From: a virus
DNA: 64,000 bases
Virus record (IMG/VR): IMGVR_UViG_2932987669_000001
Span: 20,545 to 84,544 of that record
Reading direction: 5' to 3' (one strand)
Under the pieces are notes generated by a model. It had not been told where the DNA came from and ran no database searches. It was given only the letters and a program-made list of their open reading frames with translations. A program made the position numbers and the translations under genes. The stretch's first letter is position 1. Each line of letters opens with the position of its first letter. Positions 47,009 to 57,900 of this stretch are shown here, one piece after another.

Positions 47009-50000
47009 ATGTCGATTTCCAGACAGACGTTTGATCCCGAGAAGAATTACAAGGCGGTTCGATTCCATCAGGATCGCGATCTTTTGGATTCGGAGTTGAA
47101 CGAACTCCAGTCCTTGGCCAGCCATGAGCAACGCAAACTCGCGGACGCTATCTTTGCCGAAGGCGCGATTATTTCCGGCCTGACGGTTACCAAGGCGAGC
47201 CATGTTCTGACGCTGGCGCCTGGTGTGGTTTACCTGCAAGGGCGCATCGAGGCCGTGCCTGGCGCGGCGCTCACCTTCGATCCCGCCAAAGACACGGGCG
47301 TCGATTATGTGTGGGTTGAGCTTCTGAAGTACGAATATGGGTTCAACCAGGATTCGACCTTGATCAACCCGGCAACCGGAGAACCTACCGCGGAGCGTGA
47401 GAAATGGGTTTTGCGATTGTCCGAAAGGAACACGTCCGGAGATTCGCTTCCGACCCATGCGACCGGCCGCCATATCTTGCCCGTTTACAAGTTCGACCGA
47501 GCCGATGGTTCGGTGACGCTGGTCGTGAAGCACAAGAACCAACTTGTTCTGGAAGACCTTGTCGGAACGCTACCCGGTGACCGAATTCGCGTTTCCTCGA
47601 TCACGGAATCGCAACTGTCCTTCAAGGCCGCCGAGGGGATGAATTCGTTGCTGGACAACATGGCCGAACGGACCCATGACCAAGCGGGAAGCTATCTGGT
47701 TTCCGGGTTCGATGCCCAAGTGGGTGAGGCCGACAGCGATCATGTTACCGTGATGACGAATGCTGGACGCGCCTATATCCGCGGCTTTCGCCTCCAAAGG
47801 GACCTTCCGAGCCATACCCTCGTTCCGGTTTCGAAGGCGGATAAGCGTGTGCGCGGTGAGCAAAAGACCTACAACGGCACAACCCGCCGATATCCACTCA
47901 ACAGCGTGCCCCTGAAATCAACCGTTCAGGTGGAGGCGATTGTCGAGACGACTCAAAACGTCACGAGGGGCAGTGTCGCCGGCGGAGAGGACCTTCTTTC
48001 GCCGAACCCCGTGGTGACTGTTCTCGAGGTGAGTCAAGGTGCGACCGTATTCCAGCCCGGAACGGATTGGAACCAGTCGGGGAACTTCGTCGATTGGACA
48101 GGAAACGGGAGCGAACCCGGCATCGGGACAACTTACACCGTTCGTTGGACATATACGCGTCAAATGGAACGCGACGTCGACTATACCGATGGTGGATGGT
48201 TTGGGCGGGCTGACTATCCCGGCGCGGGCCTTTACCACTATCTCGTGACGGTTCGCGACTCCCAGGGGGAATCTGGTTTCGTCGCCGCCAATGTGGTCAC
48301 GCGAACCGCTCCGGTTGGCGGGATCAATGCGCTGTCATGGCTGCCCGTCAACGGTGCCACCGGATACCGAATTTATCGCGGATCAGGTGCAATAGAAGCA
48401 GATCAGTTCGGACTGTTGGTCGAACTTCCGCCAGGTGTGACGCGGTTTGAAGACGATGGCGTTGAAGACACTTCGAGCCAGGTTCCGCTAAGCGTTCCTA
48501 CCTCGCCCGCGATCATGTCGCGAGTACAACTCCAGAGTGGGAATACGGACGTGATCAACTTCGGCCGCGCTGATCGTGGGCAGAAACCCGTTCATGGTTC
48601 CAATTGCAGCGTGGACTACGATTACTTCCAAGGAAGGATCGACGTCCTTTATGCGACCGCGTCGGCGATCAAACGCTTGGAAGGTCCGCCCTCCGACGAT
48701 CCAAAAATGCCGGTTTTGCCGGACGGTGCGTTAGGGCTCACCGCGATTCATTGCCCACCAGACAGCGCGGCAATGACTGCGAGAAACTTTGGCTTGCGAC
48801 GGATCACCATGGACCAGATTCACGACCTGATTCGGGATGTCGAACAGCTCAAATACAACGACGCAAAAAACCAAATGAACGCAGATCTTTCGCATCGTGA
48901 TGAGGGCCAGAAAAAGGGAATCTACGCCGACGATTTCTCAAACGAGTCTCAAAGCGATGTGTATCATCCCGAATGGTCGGCCCGAGTGGATACGGTCGGC
49001 CGAGTGGTCGCGCCACCGCGAACAACGGTGTCCCACGCGCTTCAAGTTGACACCGTTCGTTCTACCGTTGAGCTTCACGGGTCGCTCGCCTTGCTTCCTG
49101 GTGAGGAAACGGTTCTTGTGGAACAGGCGGATTGGAGCGAGTCCAGGAACATCAACCCCTTCGCTGCATATGAAGCACCTTCACCTATTTTTTCGGTTAC
49201 CCCGAGTGTGGGTCGTCGCGGTTCGACCTTGGTGACTGTTACTGCCAGCTTTTTTCCGCCAAATGTTTCGGCCTCCGTGCGGTGTTCGGGAATTGTGGTG
49301 GCGGATGGGGTGATGACGGACGCAGTGGGACGGATGACCGCGAGCTTTATCATTCCTGTTGATGCCCCGACAGGGAATCGGCGGGTATCTGTGTCTGACG
49401 GGACAAGGGGCGCAAGTGCGCCTTTGGAAATCAACGGTCCGACCGATATCGCGCGAATCGACCGTGTGGTCATCGATCCCGAGTTCCAAGAAACTCGCAT
49501 CGTCCGGCGCTCTGTTCGGGACCGTGTCTGGACAACCCGCTTTCAACCCTCAAAGCAGGACCCATTGGCGCAGACCTTCAGTGTTTCGCAAAACCGAGTC
49601 ATCACTGCCGTCGGCGTTTGGTTTGCCGCGAAGGATCCGACCATTCCGGTCACTGTTCAAGTTCGAGGGGTCACCACCGGTCTTCCGAACGACCAAATCC
49701 TCGCAGAGAAAGTGGTTGCTCCCTCCGAGATCACTACAGGAACCGAGACCAAGGTGACTTTCGACGACCCGGTCTATGCCGAAGCGAACACGTCCTATGC
49801 AGTGGTGCTTCTGACCCACAGCAGCAGCTACCAAGTGCAGGTGGCGACGTTGGGCCAAATGTCTCAATTGGGCGACCGCGGGATCATCACCAGCCAGGCA
49901 TATCCGGCCGGCGTATTGTTGGAGTCGAGCAATGCCGAATCCTGGGTTCCCTTGAACGCATCGGATCTTCGCTGCTCGATCTACGGGCAAGCGTTCGAGC

Positions 50001-50587
50001 CAAACGGTGAAATCTGGTTCCATCCAATCACAGGTGTGAGCTTGAGCAATTTGAACCTCGATGAGTTCAGTCACATTCCCGAGGGGACATCCATCGCTTG
50101 GGAATACTCGCTCGATGGTGGAACCACTTGGGATGCGTTGGTGCCTGCCGAGGAAGAGCGATTGCCGAACCTGGCCACACAAATCCTTGTTCGCGCGAAG
50201 CTGACTCGGGCTGCGGCGTTGGTCGGCGAAAGCCCCGCTTTGGTTTTCGGCGATGTGGCTCTGGTGGGCTACCTCAATGAGGGTTCGGGAACTTATGTGA
50301 CTCGGGAGAACACCGTGACGCAAGGGATAGAGGCATCAAAGGTGTATGCCGAAATGAACATCCCAAGCGGAACCACGATCATCTGGTTCTCAAGTAACGA
50401 CGGCGGCGGGTCTTGGGAGGAGATGACCTTAGAGGAGACTCGGCAGGTCACCCACCAATGGACCGAATACACCTACTCCGTCACGTTCGCCGATCCGTCA
50501 GGCCGGGAAATCCGGTACAAGGCGGAAATGGTTGGTACGGCTTTGACCGGTCCTAGAATTCATCGAATTGGGGCGACGTTGAGCTGA
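47009..50587 (+). CDS. Large tail fibre/baseplate protein, DUF4815-like
   Basis: FDPEKNYKAVRF..DR.L..SELNELQ N-terminus, G.AYI.G, TMDQI..L...VE.L.Y, GIYADDFS, PLAQTF. Confidence 0.8.
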   Translation: MSISRQTFDPEKNYKAVRFHQDRDLLDSELNELQSLASHEQRKLADAIFAEGAIISGLTVTKASHVLTLAPGVVYLQGRIEAVPGAALTFDPAKDTGVDYVWVELLKYEYGFNQDSTLINPATGEPTAEREKWVLRLSERNTSGDSLPTHATGRHILPVYKFDRADGSVTLVVKHKNQLVLEDLVGTLPGDRIRVSSITESQLSFKAAEGMNSLLDNMAERTHDQAGSYLVSGFDAQVGEADSDHVTVMTNAGRAYIRGFRLQRDLPSHTLVPVSKADKRVRGEQKTYNGTTRRYPLNSVPLKSTVQVEAIVETTQNVTRGSVAGGEDLLSPNPVVTVLEVSQGATVFQPGTDWNQSGNFVDWTGNGSEPGIGTTYTVRWTYTRQMERDVDYTDGGWFGRADYPGAGLYHYLVTVRDSQGESGFVAANVVTRTAPVGGINALSWLPVNGATGYRIYRGSGAIEADQFGLLVELPPGVTRFEDDGVEDTSSQVPLSVPTSPAIMSRVQLQSGNTDVINFGRADRGQKPVHGSNCSVDYDYFQGRIDVLYATASAIKRLEGPPSDDPKMPVLPDGALGLTAIHCPPDSAAMTARNFGLRRITMDQIHDLIRDVEQLKYNDAKNQMNADLSHRDEGQKKGIYADDFSNESQSDVYHPEWSARVDTVGRVVAPPRTTVSHALQVDTVRSTVELHGSLALLPGEETVLVEQADWSESRNINPFAAYEAPSPIFSVTPSVGRRGSTLVTVTASFFPPNVSASVRCSGIVVADGVMTDAVGRMTASFIIPVDAPTGNRRVSVSDGTRGASAPLEINGPTDIARIDRVVIDPEFQETRIVRRSVRDRVWTTRFQPSKQDPLAQTFSVSQNRVITAVGVWFAAKDPTIPVTVQVRGVTTGLPNDQILAEKVVAPSEITTGTETKVTFDDPVYAEANTSYAVVLLTHSSSYQVQVATLGQMSQLGDRGIITSQAYPAGVLLESSNAESWVPLNASDLRCSIYGQAFEPNGEIWFHPITGVSLSNLNLDEFSHIPEGTSIAWEYSLDGGTTWDALVPAEEERLPNLATQILVRAKLTRAAALVGESPALVFGDVALVGYLNEGSGTYVTRENTVTQGIEASKVYAEMNIPSGTTIIWFSSNDGGGSWEEMTLEETRQVTHQWTEYTYSVTFADPSGREIRYKAEMVGTALTGPRIHRIGATLS

Positions 50588-51039
50588 AGGAGAAAGTATG
50601 GAAATCTAGAAATGGGGGTGCCTAAAGACCGCATTAAAAGGCTTAGATGACCCGAGTTGCCTGGAATAGCGGCTCGGGTCTTGCCTTTCGTCGCTCGAAT
50701 GGGTCCGTTTATCGAAAAGAATAAATGATTGGGTCAGCACTCATGATGGCGCCAAGGCGCCGCCATTTGGTTTTTTGAGTATTTGAGGAAATTTGCCAAA
50801 TTGCCTCCAAACTCTGCGCATGTGAGTTCGAGTGGGTTGCGGTGCCTACTTCGGCTGCGAACAAAAGACTGTACCTGAAAAAGCCGGACGGCTATACTCG
50901 TGCGTAAAATTTCTCTGACCGGCCGCACGATTTCAGGGCTCTCTTATTTGGGTACAAGTGCCATTAACAGCCTGGTCAGCCTGTACTTGTAGATCACACT
51001 GCTCTACTTGAATTAATCTGTAGAAACGGAACATGACTC

Positions 51040-51399
51040 ATGGCAACACACAATCGTTACTCAGTCTTGTTTGAAAGTATTCCCTCCGATGAATTGGTTT
51101 CACCCACCGATGTGGTCCATCGCGCAAAGAGAGCCGGGGTTTGGGAACCATACTGTTTGGCGGTGGGCTACGACCCAAATAAGGACGAGGAAAAACTCGT
51201 CAGAACGTTAAGAAAGCGCATGAAAAAATCTGTGTTTGAAGGAAAAGTTGTCAAATATCAATCCCCCTATACTGGTCAAATGACAACTGGAGCCCTGGCA
51301 AGTGTGTGGAAATACGATCTTGGTCTGATTGACGAAATCCCTTCCGAGTCAAAGGATTTCTCAGAGCTAAACCAAGAATTCAAAGCTCTCCGAGGTTAA
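51040..51399 (+). CDS. Hypothetical protein (119 aa)
   Basis: First ORF of a tightly packed three-gene block with lower GC. Confidence 0.65.
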   Translation: MATHNRYSVLFESIPSDELVSPTDVVHRAKRAGVWEPYCLAVGYDPNKDEEKLVRTLRKRMKKSVFEGKVVKYQSPYTGQMTTGALASVWKYDLGLIDEIPSESKDFSELNQEFKALRG

Positions 51400-51403
51400 A
51401 GAA

Positions 51404-52573
51404 GTGTCACAAAAAATCGACCAACTGAAGAATTTTAAAAATAAAGACTCTCAGCAGGTTGCGGAGTTTTTGCGTGAGGGGCTGCTTCGCATTGAGAAAG
51501 GGATGAATCCACTTTTGGAAAGCCCTCCATATCTAATTGTTCAAGCGCCAAAAAAGGGTAGGCGCCTGCAAATCCACGATATTACGGACCCAGATTATGC
51601 CGAAGCAGCGCCCATGCCAGAAGAAACCGCATTCTGGAAACGAAAACACGATGAAGCTCGGGAGGAGCTGTTTAAAATCCAAGTAAAAGCTGAGCGAGAA
51701 AACAGAAGTGGTTTTTCTCGAAAAATAGCAATAGCATTAGTTGCTATTTTTTTCATCACTACAGCAGGGACAGCCGAATTTATTCGACGTGGTGTTTTCG
51801 ATGTTCGAAAAAACAAAGGGACAAAGGCCGCACTCAGCCTGGCTGAATCTAACAAATCGCCTTCACCCAGGCAGGAGTACGAGCAAGCTTTTCTACTTTT
51901 CTTTGATAACCGCCGAAATGAAGCGAAATCCCTTGCGTGGCACGCTCTAAAAACAGGCAATCCAGAGGTTCGGGCTTTATGTTACCACTTGTTAGGCATG
52001 ATTTTTTGGGACGAGGGCAATCGAGAACTGGGTCACAAGTATTTTTACAGTGCACTTGATTATGACGGTCTGACGGATTTGCAGCGGGCCGGGATTCTGA
52101 TTAGTTTGGGCAGGCGACTTCGCGATCAAGATCTTTTAGCAGAAGCTGTATCCATGATAGATGAGGAAAACCCAGGCTACTGGAAGATTCAGGCTGGCCA
52201 TGCGCGTGCTCAGGTCGACCTTTCCACAGATGCAGAGACAGGTTATCAGTGGGCTTTACTGGGTGCCGAAGCATGTCGAAAAACCGGCGACAAGCGCAAG
52301 CTCGCCTGGTTTTTAAAGGATATTTCCACATGGGAAGCAATTCTTTCCATAGCTCCATCCTTCTCTAGTATGGAAGCTCAGCAAATTGCGGTGGAAATGC
52401 AGGATAGCCGCCTTTGGCATTTTACCTTGATTCCCGAAGCTCTCATCGCGAAGCAAAATGGGGACGATATTCGGTATAGTTGGATCATCGGGACCTTGGA
52501 TGCCTACCTCGCTCGGCATCCAAACTCGATGTTACAAGCGAACACCGAATATGTAAAAGAATGGAGTCCCTGA
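51404..52573 (+). CDS. Single-pass membrane protein with TPR-like C-terminal region
   Basis: TM IAIALVAIFFITTAGTAEFI; helical repeats such as ALCYHLLGMIFWDEGNRELGHKYF. Confidence 0.7.
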   Translation: MSQKIDQLKNFKNKDSQQVAEFLREGLLRIEKGMNPLLESPPYLIVQAPKKGRRLQIHDITDPDYAEAAPMPEETAFWKRKHDEAREELFKIQVKAERENRSGFSRKIAIALVAIFFITTAGTAEFIRRGVFDVRKNKGTKAALSLAESNKSPSPRQEYEQAFLLFFDNRRNEAKSLAWHALKTGNPEVRALCYHLLGMIFWDEGNRELGHKYFYSALDYDGLTDLQRAGILISLGRRLRDQDLLAEAVSMIDEENPGYWKIQAGHARAQVDLSTDAETGYQWALLGAEACRKTGDKRKLAWFLKDISTWEAILSIAPSFSSMEAQQIAVEMQDSRLWHFTLIPEALIAKQNGDDIRYSWIIGTLDAYLARHPNSMLQANTEYVKEWSP

Positions 52574-52574
52574 A

Positions 52575-52844
52575 ATGTCAAACACTTTCCCTGTGGGAGA
52601 CCCGGGTGCCGATGACCCACCAAGATTAAGGATTACTCCTCCAGAGGGGCAGCAACTACAACTGAAAGCCGAAGGTAGAACTTCTCCAATTAGTGCCGTG
52701 GGTTCTGAGATTCCCAAACTTGATGAAATTGAACTTTCTCCTCAAGCACTTCAAGCGGCTGAGACTCAGGATGATTTTCCGAAAGCAGATACTTCACCAC
52801 AACCAGAGGAAGGCCGGCTGGCAGGAATTGATTTGATTGTCTGA
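52575..52844 (+). CDS. Small acidic Pro-rich protein
   Basis: Starts 1 nt after the previous stop, GGAG upstream, followed by a terminator. Confidence 0.55.
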   Translation: MSNTFPVGDPGADDPPRLRITPPEGQQLQLKAEGRTSPISAVGSEIPKLDEIELSPQALQAAETQDDFPKADTSPQPEEGRLAGIDLIV

Positions 52845-52869
52845 TTTTTTTCAAGCCTCGCGCTTCTCC

Positions 52870-52909
52870 AAGCCTCCGCCAGACTCGCTTCTGTTGGAGG
52901 CTTTTTACT
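52870..52909 (+). terminator. Rho-independent terminator
   Basis: AAGCCTCC...GGAGGCTT stem followed by TTTACTTTT. Confidence 0.75.
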
Positions 52910-53017
52910 TTTCAAGTCGCCTTGGGAACCGTGACAAATATCACACAACATGCAGCACAGGGTTACTTTTTAAACATCTGGCATAAAACGGCTTGATCCT
53001 CAAAAGGAGCCTGATTC

Positions 53018-53192
53018 TAGGGTTTTGGGGTCACCTTTTTACCCTATAGCCAGCTTGGTTTTTTGCCGGTAAAACTATCGCTCATCCGGTATGGACGTCA
53101 TTTTCCCAGGGCCTTCTCTGGGGCTCATACCGGTGTTCGCTTGGGTTCTCGTCGGTGCTCTCAGTGACCGGCGGGAACCTACCCCCTAAAAC
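53018..53192 (+). ncRNA. Candidate structured RNA (four consecutive hairpins)
   Basis: TAGGGT/ACCCTA; GTTTT/AAAAC; CCGGTATG/CATACCGG enclosing CCCAG/CTGGG; 13-bp GGTTCTCGTCGGT/ACCGGCGGGAACC with two G.U pairs. Confidence 0.4.
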
Positions 53193-53426
53193 GATCCGGT
53201 CCTATGGGCGTGTCGATCCTTTTCGGTTCGCCTCCTGGTGCCGTCGGTTTTAGGGCCTGTTCTTTTTGCTCACGACAGACGAATGATTCGCTGTTCTTCC
53301 GACCCGAGGCTTCGAGCGTTCACTCTCTCGGGATCAAGGGACCTGAACTGTTGCTGTCGTGGCCCTTCCGTTGCTCCCACTCATAGGGGGAACTTGCGCT
53401 TTCCGCAGAAATCGAAAAGAGGTTGA

Positions 53427-54308
53427 ATGACAAAGGGAGGATTCCATTGGAGTCGAACCTTTCGCCGCATGATGAAGGTGATCACCTGGCTGGTGAGATG
53501 GCCCAATCGAGTACTACAGCACAACGCAAGTCTGCGTTCGTTGTCCGCCTTCGGGGCCACCCATATCGGCCGAGTTCGAGCGGTGAACGAGGATTGCTTT
53601 TGGATGGACCCCGACCTGGGCACTTTTGCTGTCAGTGATGGCCTTGGCGGCGAGAACGCGGGCGATGTGGCCAGTAAGCTAGCGATCCGCCAGTTCCAGC
53701 GAAGCATGGCGGACGCCAGGTCGAACGACCGTTGGGTTTGGCCGATCCACTGGCCTAAAGCCGATTTTGACCAGGCGCCGAGCTTGTGCTCTGGGATCTT
53801 GTTTTGCGCGATCCAAGATTCCCACAAGGCGTTGCTGAAGGCTGTCGAATCCAACCCCGCCTGGTCAGGCATGGGCGCGACGCTCATCGGCGCTATCGTC
53901 GCTGATGGAATCCTTCACGTCAGCCACGTGGGCGATTCGAGGGCCTATCTGTGGCGGGATGGGGACCTTCGGCAATTGACCAGGGACCACACCTTGACCC
54001 AGGTCCTGCTCGATTCAGGAAAGCTTACGCCGCAACAAGCCCAGGACCATTTCGGGCAGAACCAGCTTTGTTTCTGTCTGGGCTCAGAGAAGGTGGCCAT
54101 CGAAGAGGTCGAGGAAAAGATCCAGCCCGGTGACCGTGTGCTGCTTTGTTCCGACGGCGTTCATCGCATGATCCAGCATGACCGACTATCGGAGATCTTG
54201 GGCGAACCCGGTGTTTCACCCGTCCGGGTCGTCAGGAATTTGATCGAAGTCGCCAATGACCTCGGCGGCAAAGACAACATCACGGCCGTGGTGGTGTTTC
54301 TGCCTTGA
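53427..54308 (+). CDS. PP2C-family Ser/Thr protein phosphatase (Stp1/PrpC-like)
   Basis: THIGRVR..NED, AVSDGLGG..AG..AS, GMGATL, HVGDSRAY, LLCSDG, GGKDNITAVV. True start may be downstream. Confidence 0.92.
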   Translation: MTKGGFHWSRTFRRMMKVITWLVRWPNRVLQHNASLRSLSAFGATHIGRVRAVNEDCFWMDPDLGTFAVSDGLGGENAGDVASKLAIRQFQRSMADARSNDRWVWPIHWPKADFDQAPSLCSGILFCAIQDSHKALLKAVESNPAWSGMGATLIGAIVADGILHVSHVGDSRAYLWRDGDLRQLTRDHTLTQVLLDSGKLTPQQAQDHFGQNQLCFCLGSEKVAIEEVEEKIQPGDRVLLCSDGVHRMIQHDRLSEILGEPGVSPVRVVRNLIEVANDLGGKDNITAVVVFLP

Positions 54309-54497
54309 CCGCCCACTTCAATCCAAACGTTGGGTATGCGCCTTTCTGGGCCATCCCGCCTAATCCATCCGCGTCGGCCTGATTGAGGCGATTCATCCAG
54401 GGGCTTACGCAAAACGAGAACCCTTGCCTGGAACGAAACCACCCAAACCTGACCAGGCATCCAGCAGACAAATGTAGACATGGAAATGGAAAGATTT

Positions 54498-54537
54498 GCC
54501 GGGGATGTGCGGGTTCCTGTCATGCCCGGCCTTTTTT
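54498..54537 (+). terminator. Rho-independent terminator
   Basis: GCCGGGGATG...CATGCCCGGC stem followed by CTTTTTT. Confidence 0.6.
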
Positions 54538-54937
54538 CCGCAAAGTGGAACGTCTCTGAATGCCAGTGCCGTTCCGCGATTCGAGAGAGATCCTGGTCTT
54601 GTAGAGGTGACAGGGGCTGTCCTTTTGACTTGATATCATGGCCCTAGCCCACACCTGGCGTTTTTCAGATGGTTCCACTTCCTTTTTCGAACCATAGCTG
54701 GTTTCTCCTTTTCGACCTTTCGCCCTCAACTTGAATGTTTCCAGGCTATCCGCACGATCAGAACCCCAGCCTGAGAGAAGAAAACCAAACCCATTTCATA
54801 CCAAGGCGATCCGCGCTCCGATGTGCGGCCTGGCCGTGGCCTGCCTTGGCGATAGCCCCTATCCGAGCGGTGCACCCATTCAGCATCGCCCATTGACCAT
54901 TTTTTTGGACCCGTCCATCGAGTCCCAGGAGTCTTTG

Positions 54938-57900
54938 ATGTTGTTCCCATCCCAATTCCCGCGCCCTATCCGAACGAGCCTTTTATTTTTCCTTCTGGTC
55001 CTGCCGCTCTTCGCCTCCGAGACTGAACAGCAAGAGAACGCCGTTTCACGCAATCCAGCCCTAACAGAACCGCAGAACGGTGTCGTGGCACTCTCTTCAG
55101 ATGCCAACTACCTGGGCGCAGATACGACCGCCCCTCATACGACCGTCAACGAGTTCACCGGCAAGCTCAACATCGCCCTCGACCCGATCGGGGTACCCGG
55201 CATGTTCCTGCAGCCCCTTTACAAGTCTCCGCAGGAAAAATATTGCGACGACGAGAGCGGGTTCCGACTCTGCCCGATGAACGAGGCACCCGCCGGCCAG
55301 GGGCTAGGTTACGGTTGGAGCTTCAACTTCGGCTACATCTTGGCCCGCAACGCGATCTTTGGGCACGGCACCACGCCGTCCTCGTCCGACTGGGAACGCG
55401 TGCGGTTCGTCGATACGGCGGGCAACGTCAGCGTGTTCGGCCGAGATGGCGTCTTTCAGGCCGACGCCTCAAATGGTGGCGCCAGTGATGCCTGCCTACC
55501 CGATGGTTGTGCGCCGGTCCATGCCGACATCCACTTCATCGATGATCAGTTGCGCCGGATCACTCGGGCACGCACCTTGGACGGAACCTCCCTAGAAGGC
55601 TTTTCCCAAAACAGCTATTTCCTAATGGACCCCAATGGCCAGCGCACTGAGTACCAGGCGGTTCGTCGCGTCACGGATTGGAACAATGCGACGGCCGTGC
55701 GCTTCTACCCGGTCGAAATCCGGCTCCCAAACCAACGCACTCTTTCGATCTCCTACGTCGGAGGCAGTGATCCCGACGGCACCTTGCCGGACTCGGCGCT
55801 CATCGATCGGGTAGCCGATTCCTTTGGGCGAGCCTTGCAGTTCCATTACGAAGGTGACAGGTTGAAGCGGGTCACTCTGGAATCCGACCAAGGCTCTCAA
55901 TTGTTGCGCACCTTCGAATACCAGACCGTCCAGGCCGCAGGCCAGGCGTTCACGGTGCTCCACAAGGTGATCACACCGCTGGGGCACGAAACGGTGTTCA
56001 CCACCGAAGATATCGGCGAGCGGGTACCCTATGTCACCGCCATGACCCTACCGACAGGGGGGACCGTTCGGTATCAGTACGCATCACAGTTGTTCCAATA
56101 TGTCGAGGTGGATACCAGCGACTGCCGCGCTCCGCGAGATGATGGTTGTGAAGTACTTACCACCCGATCTCGTCGGTACGTGCGCCTCCGCGAACTTTCC
56201 TATGCCGGTGGCCGGTACCGTTTTGACTACCGGCAATGGACCTCGGATGAGGAACGCGGCACCTCCTGGGATGAGGGGCGGATCGATGTCACCGTGACCG
56301 AACTCAATGGCGGGGTGGCCTATGAGCGGGTGACCAGCTACGTCAACACGCCCATCCACCACACCTTGTTCCAAACATGGGACCAAAGCCACGTCGTTGG
56401 CCGCCCCAGGACCCGAACCGTTACCTATCGGGATTCCAGCTACGAAGAGACCTGGACCTATACACCACCGCTCACGATCGGCGGCCATGCCGGTGGCGAT
56501 CAGGTACAAGTGCATGCGCTCCGCCGTCACAGCCAGCGCGAGGAGCAAGTCTGGCTCGATACCGATTACCACTACTCATGGTTCGATGAAGGGGGCCTCG
56601 ACGGCCAGCATTTCGATGTCCACTTCATGCAACCGACCGCGGTCATCCGCCAGGCCCGCAATGGTTCCCACGTATTGCGCAAATCCTTTGACTACGAGCA
56701 TCGGGCCGTCAGAGCGTTTGGCGAACACGACCACACCTTTGATGACCCTTATGCCCTGAATCTCACCAGCGAGGTTTTGGAGACCTTCCAACGCGGCGCG
56801 ATCATGGAAACCACCGGACGCACGACCTACAAGTACGAGAACGCGATCTTCCCCTTTGCAACGGAAATCCGCCGTTGGCGCAATGGGGACGAGTGCGAGC
56901 GCGACACCTTCGCCTACTACCAAACCGGCCCTTTTCGCGGCCTGCTCCTGCAGCAAACCCATGGCGACAGCACCGTGGTCACCAGCTATCACGACTACCG
57001 GTTCGGTGTGGCCCAACGGATGGATCATCCCGAGGGCGTCGACACCACGCGCACGATCAACCCTGGCGGCTCGGTGGCCACGGAGACCGTTGATGGCGTG
57101 ACCCGCAGCTACGCCTACGATCTGGATGGCCGTCTCACGCGAACCGAGCAACCGGATACCGCCGACCTCATCACCGAGTACTCCCAGCCGAGAGCCACCC
57201 ATCCTTACGTGACCCGTTTCTATCGACTCGATGCCCTGCAACGTAATACCGCCGAGATGGCGCTTCCGATTGTCACCCGAACCAAGAGTGGCAACACGAT
57301 TCCGGTGATGTTCCGGCAATTCGACACCTGGGGCCGGGAGACCCGCGAAACCATCCGCACGATCGATTGGAAACCTTGGAACCGCGACACGACCTACACC
57401 GCATTGGGCTTGATCGAGCGCAAGACCAACGGTCTCGGTGGGGATTGGTCTTACGAGTACGATGTCTTCGGACGTCCCACCCGGATTTACCACACCTGGC
57501 GCCAGGCTTCTCGAATCCTTCAGGACACGTCCTTCGCGTATGCCCGAACGGCGGATGGTGGGTCGGTGATCTCCCAAAGCACGACGGCCTACGGCATAGA
57601 CCGAGCCTTGCGACGCACGAAGGAAACGGATTTCCTCGGCCGCACGACCATGGCGAGCACCAATGGGCAGGGCACCTTCTTCCAGTATTTCCCACACACG
57701 AAGGGCTTGGAAATCAAGGTCCGACCCTTTGGCAATGCATCGCTGGAACGCACCACCGTCAGCACCTGGCTGGGACAACGGTTGACCGAAACCCATCCCG
57801 AGAGCGCCGAGCCGACCCACTACGCGTACAACAGCCGTGGACTATTGGAGAACCGGTATCAAGGTGCTGCCGCGAACCCCACGACGGTCACTCGATTCGT

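Larger units (their letters stand above)
1..53200. mobile_element. Prophage / phage-derived element (contractile tail, full head and packaging genes); left boundary is outside the window, right boundary approximate
   Basis: Syntenic run of recombinase, terL, portal, head, neck, sheath, tube, tape measure, baseplate and fibre genes on + strand; non-phage genes (PP2C, Rhs) follow ~53.4 kb. No att repeat found. Confidence 0.9.

Noticed and set aside
50998-51010. CTGTAG upstream of the 51040 gene
   Set aside because: Only 6 nt match and no upstream box.
1-53400. attL/attR direct repeats or a dif-like site
   Set aside because: None found by eye; the left end is probably outside the window.
54731-54937. 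ORF-track start of Rhs at 54731
   Set aside because: No RBS; ATG 54938 has AGGAG and begins a signal-peptide-like sequence.
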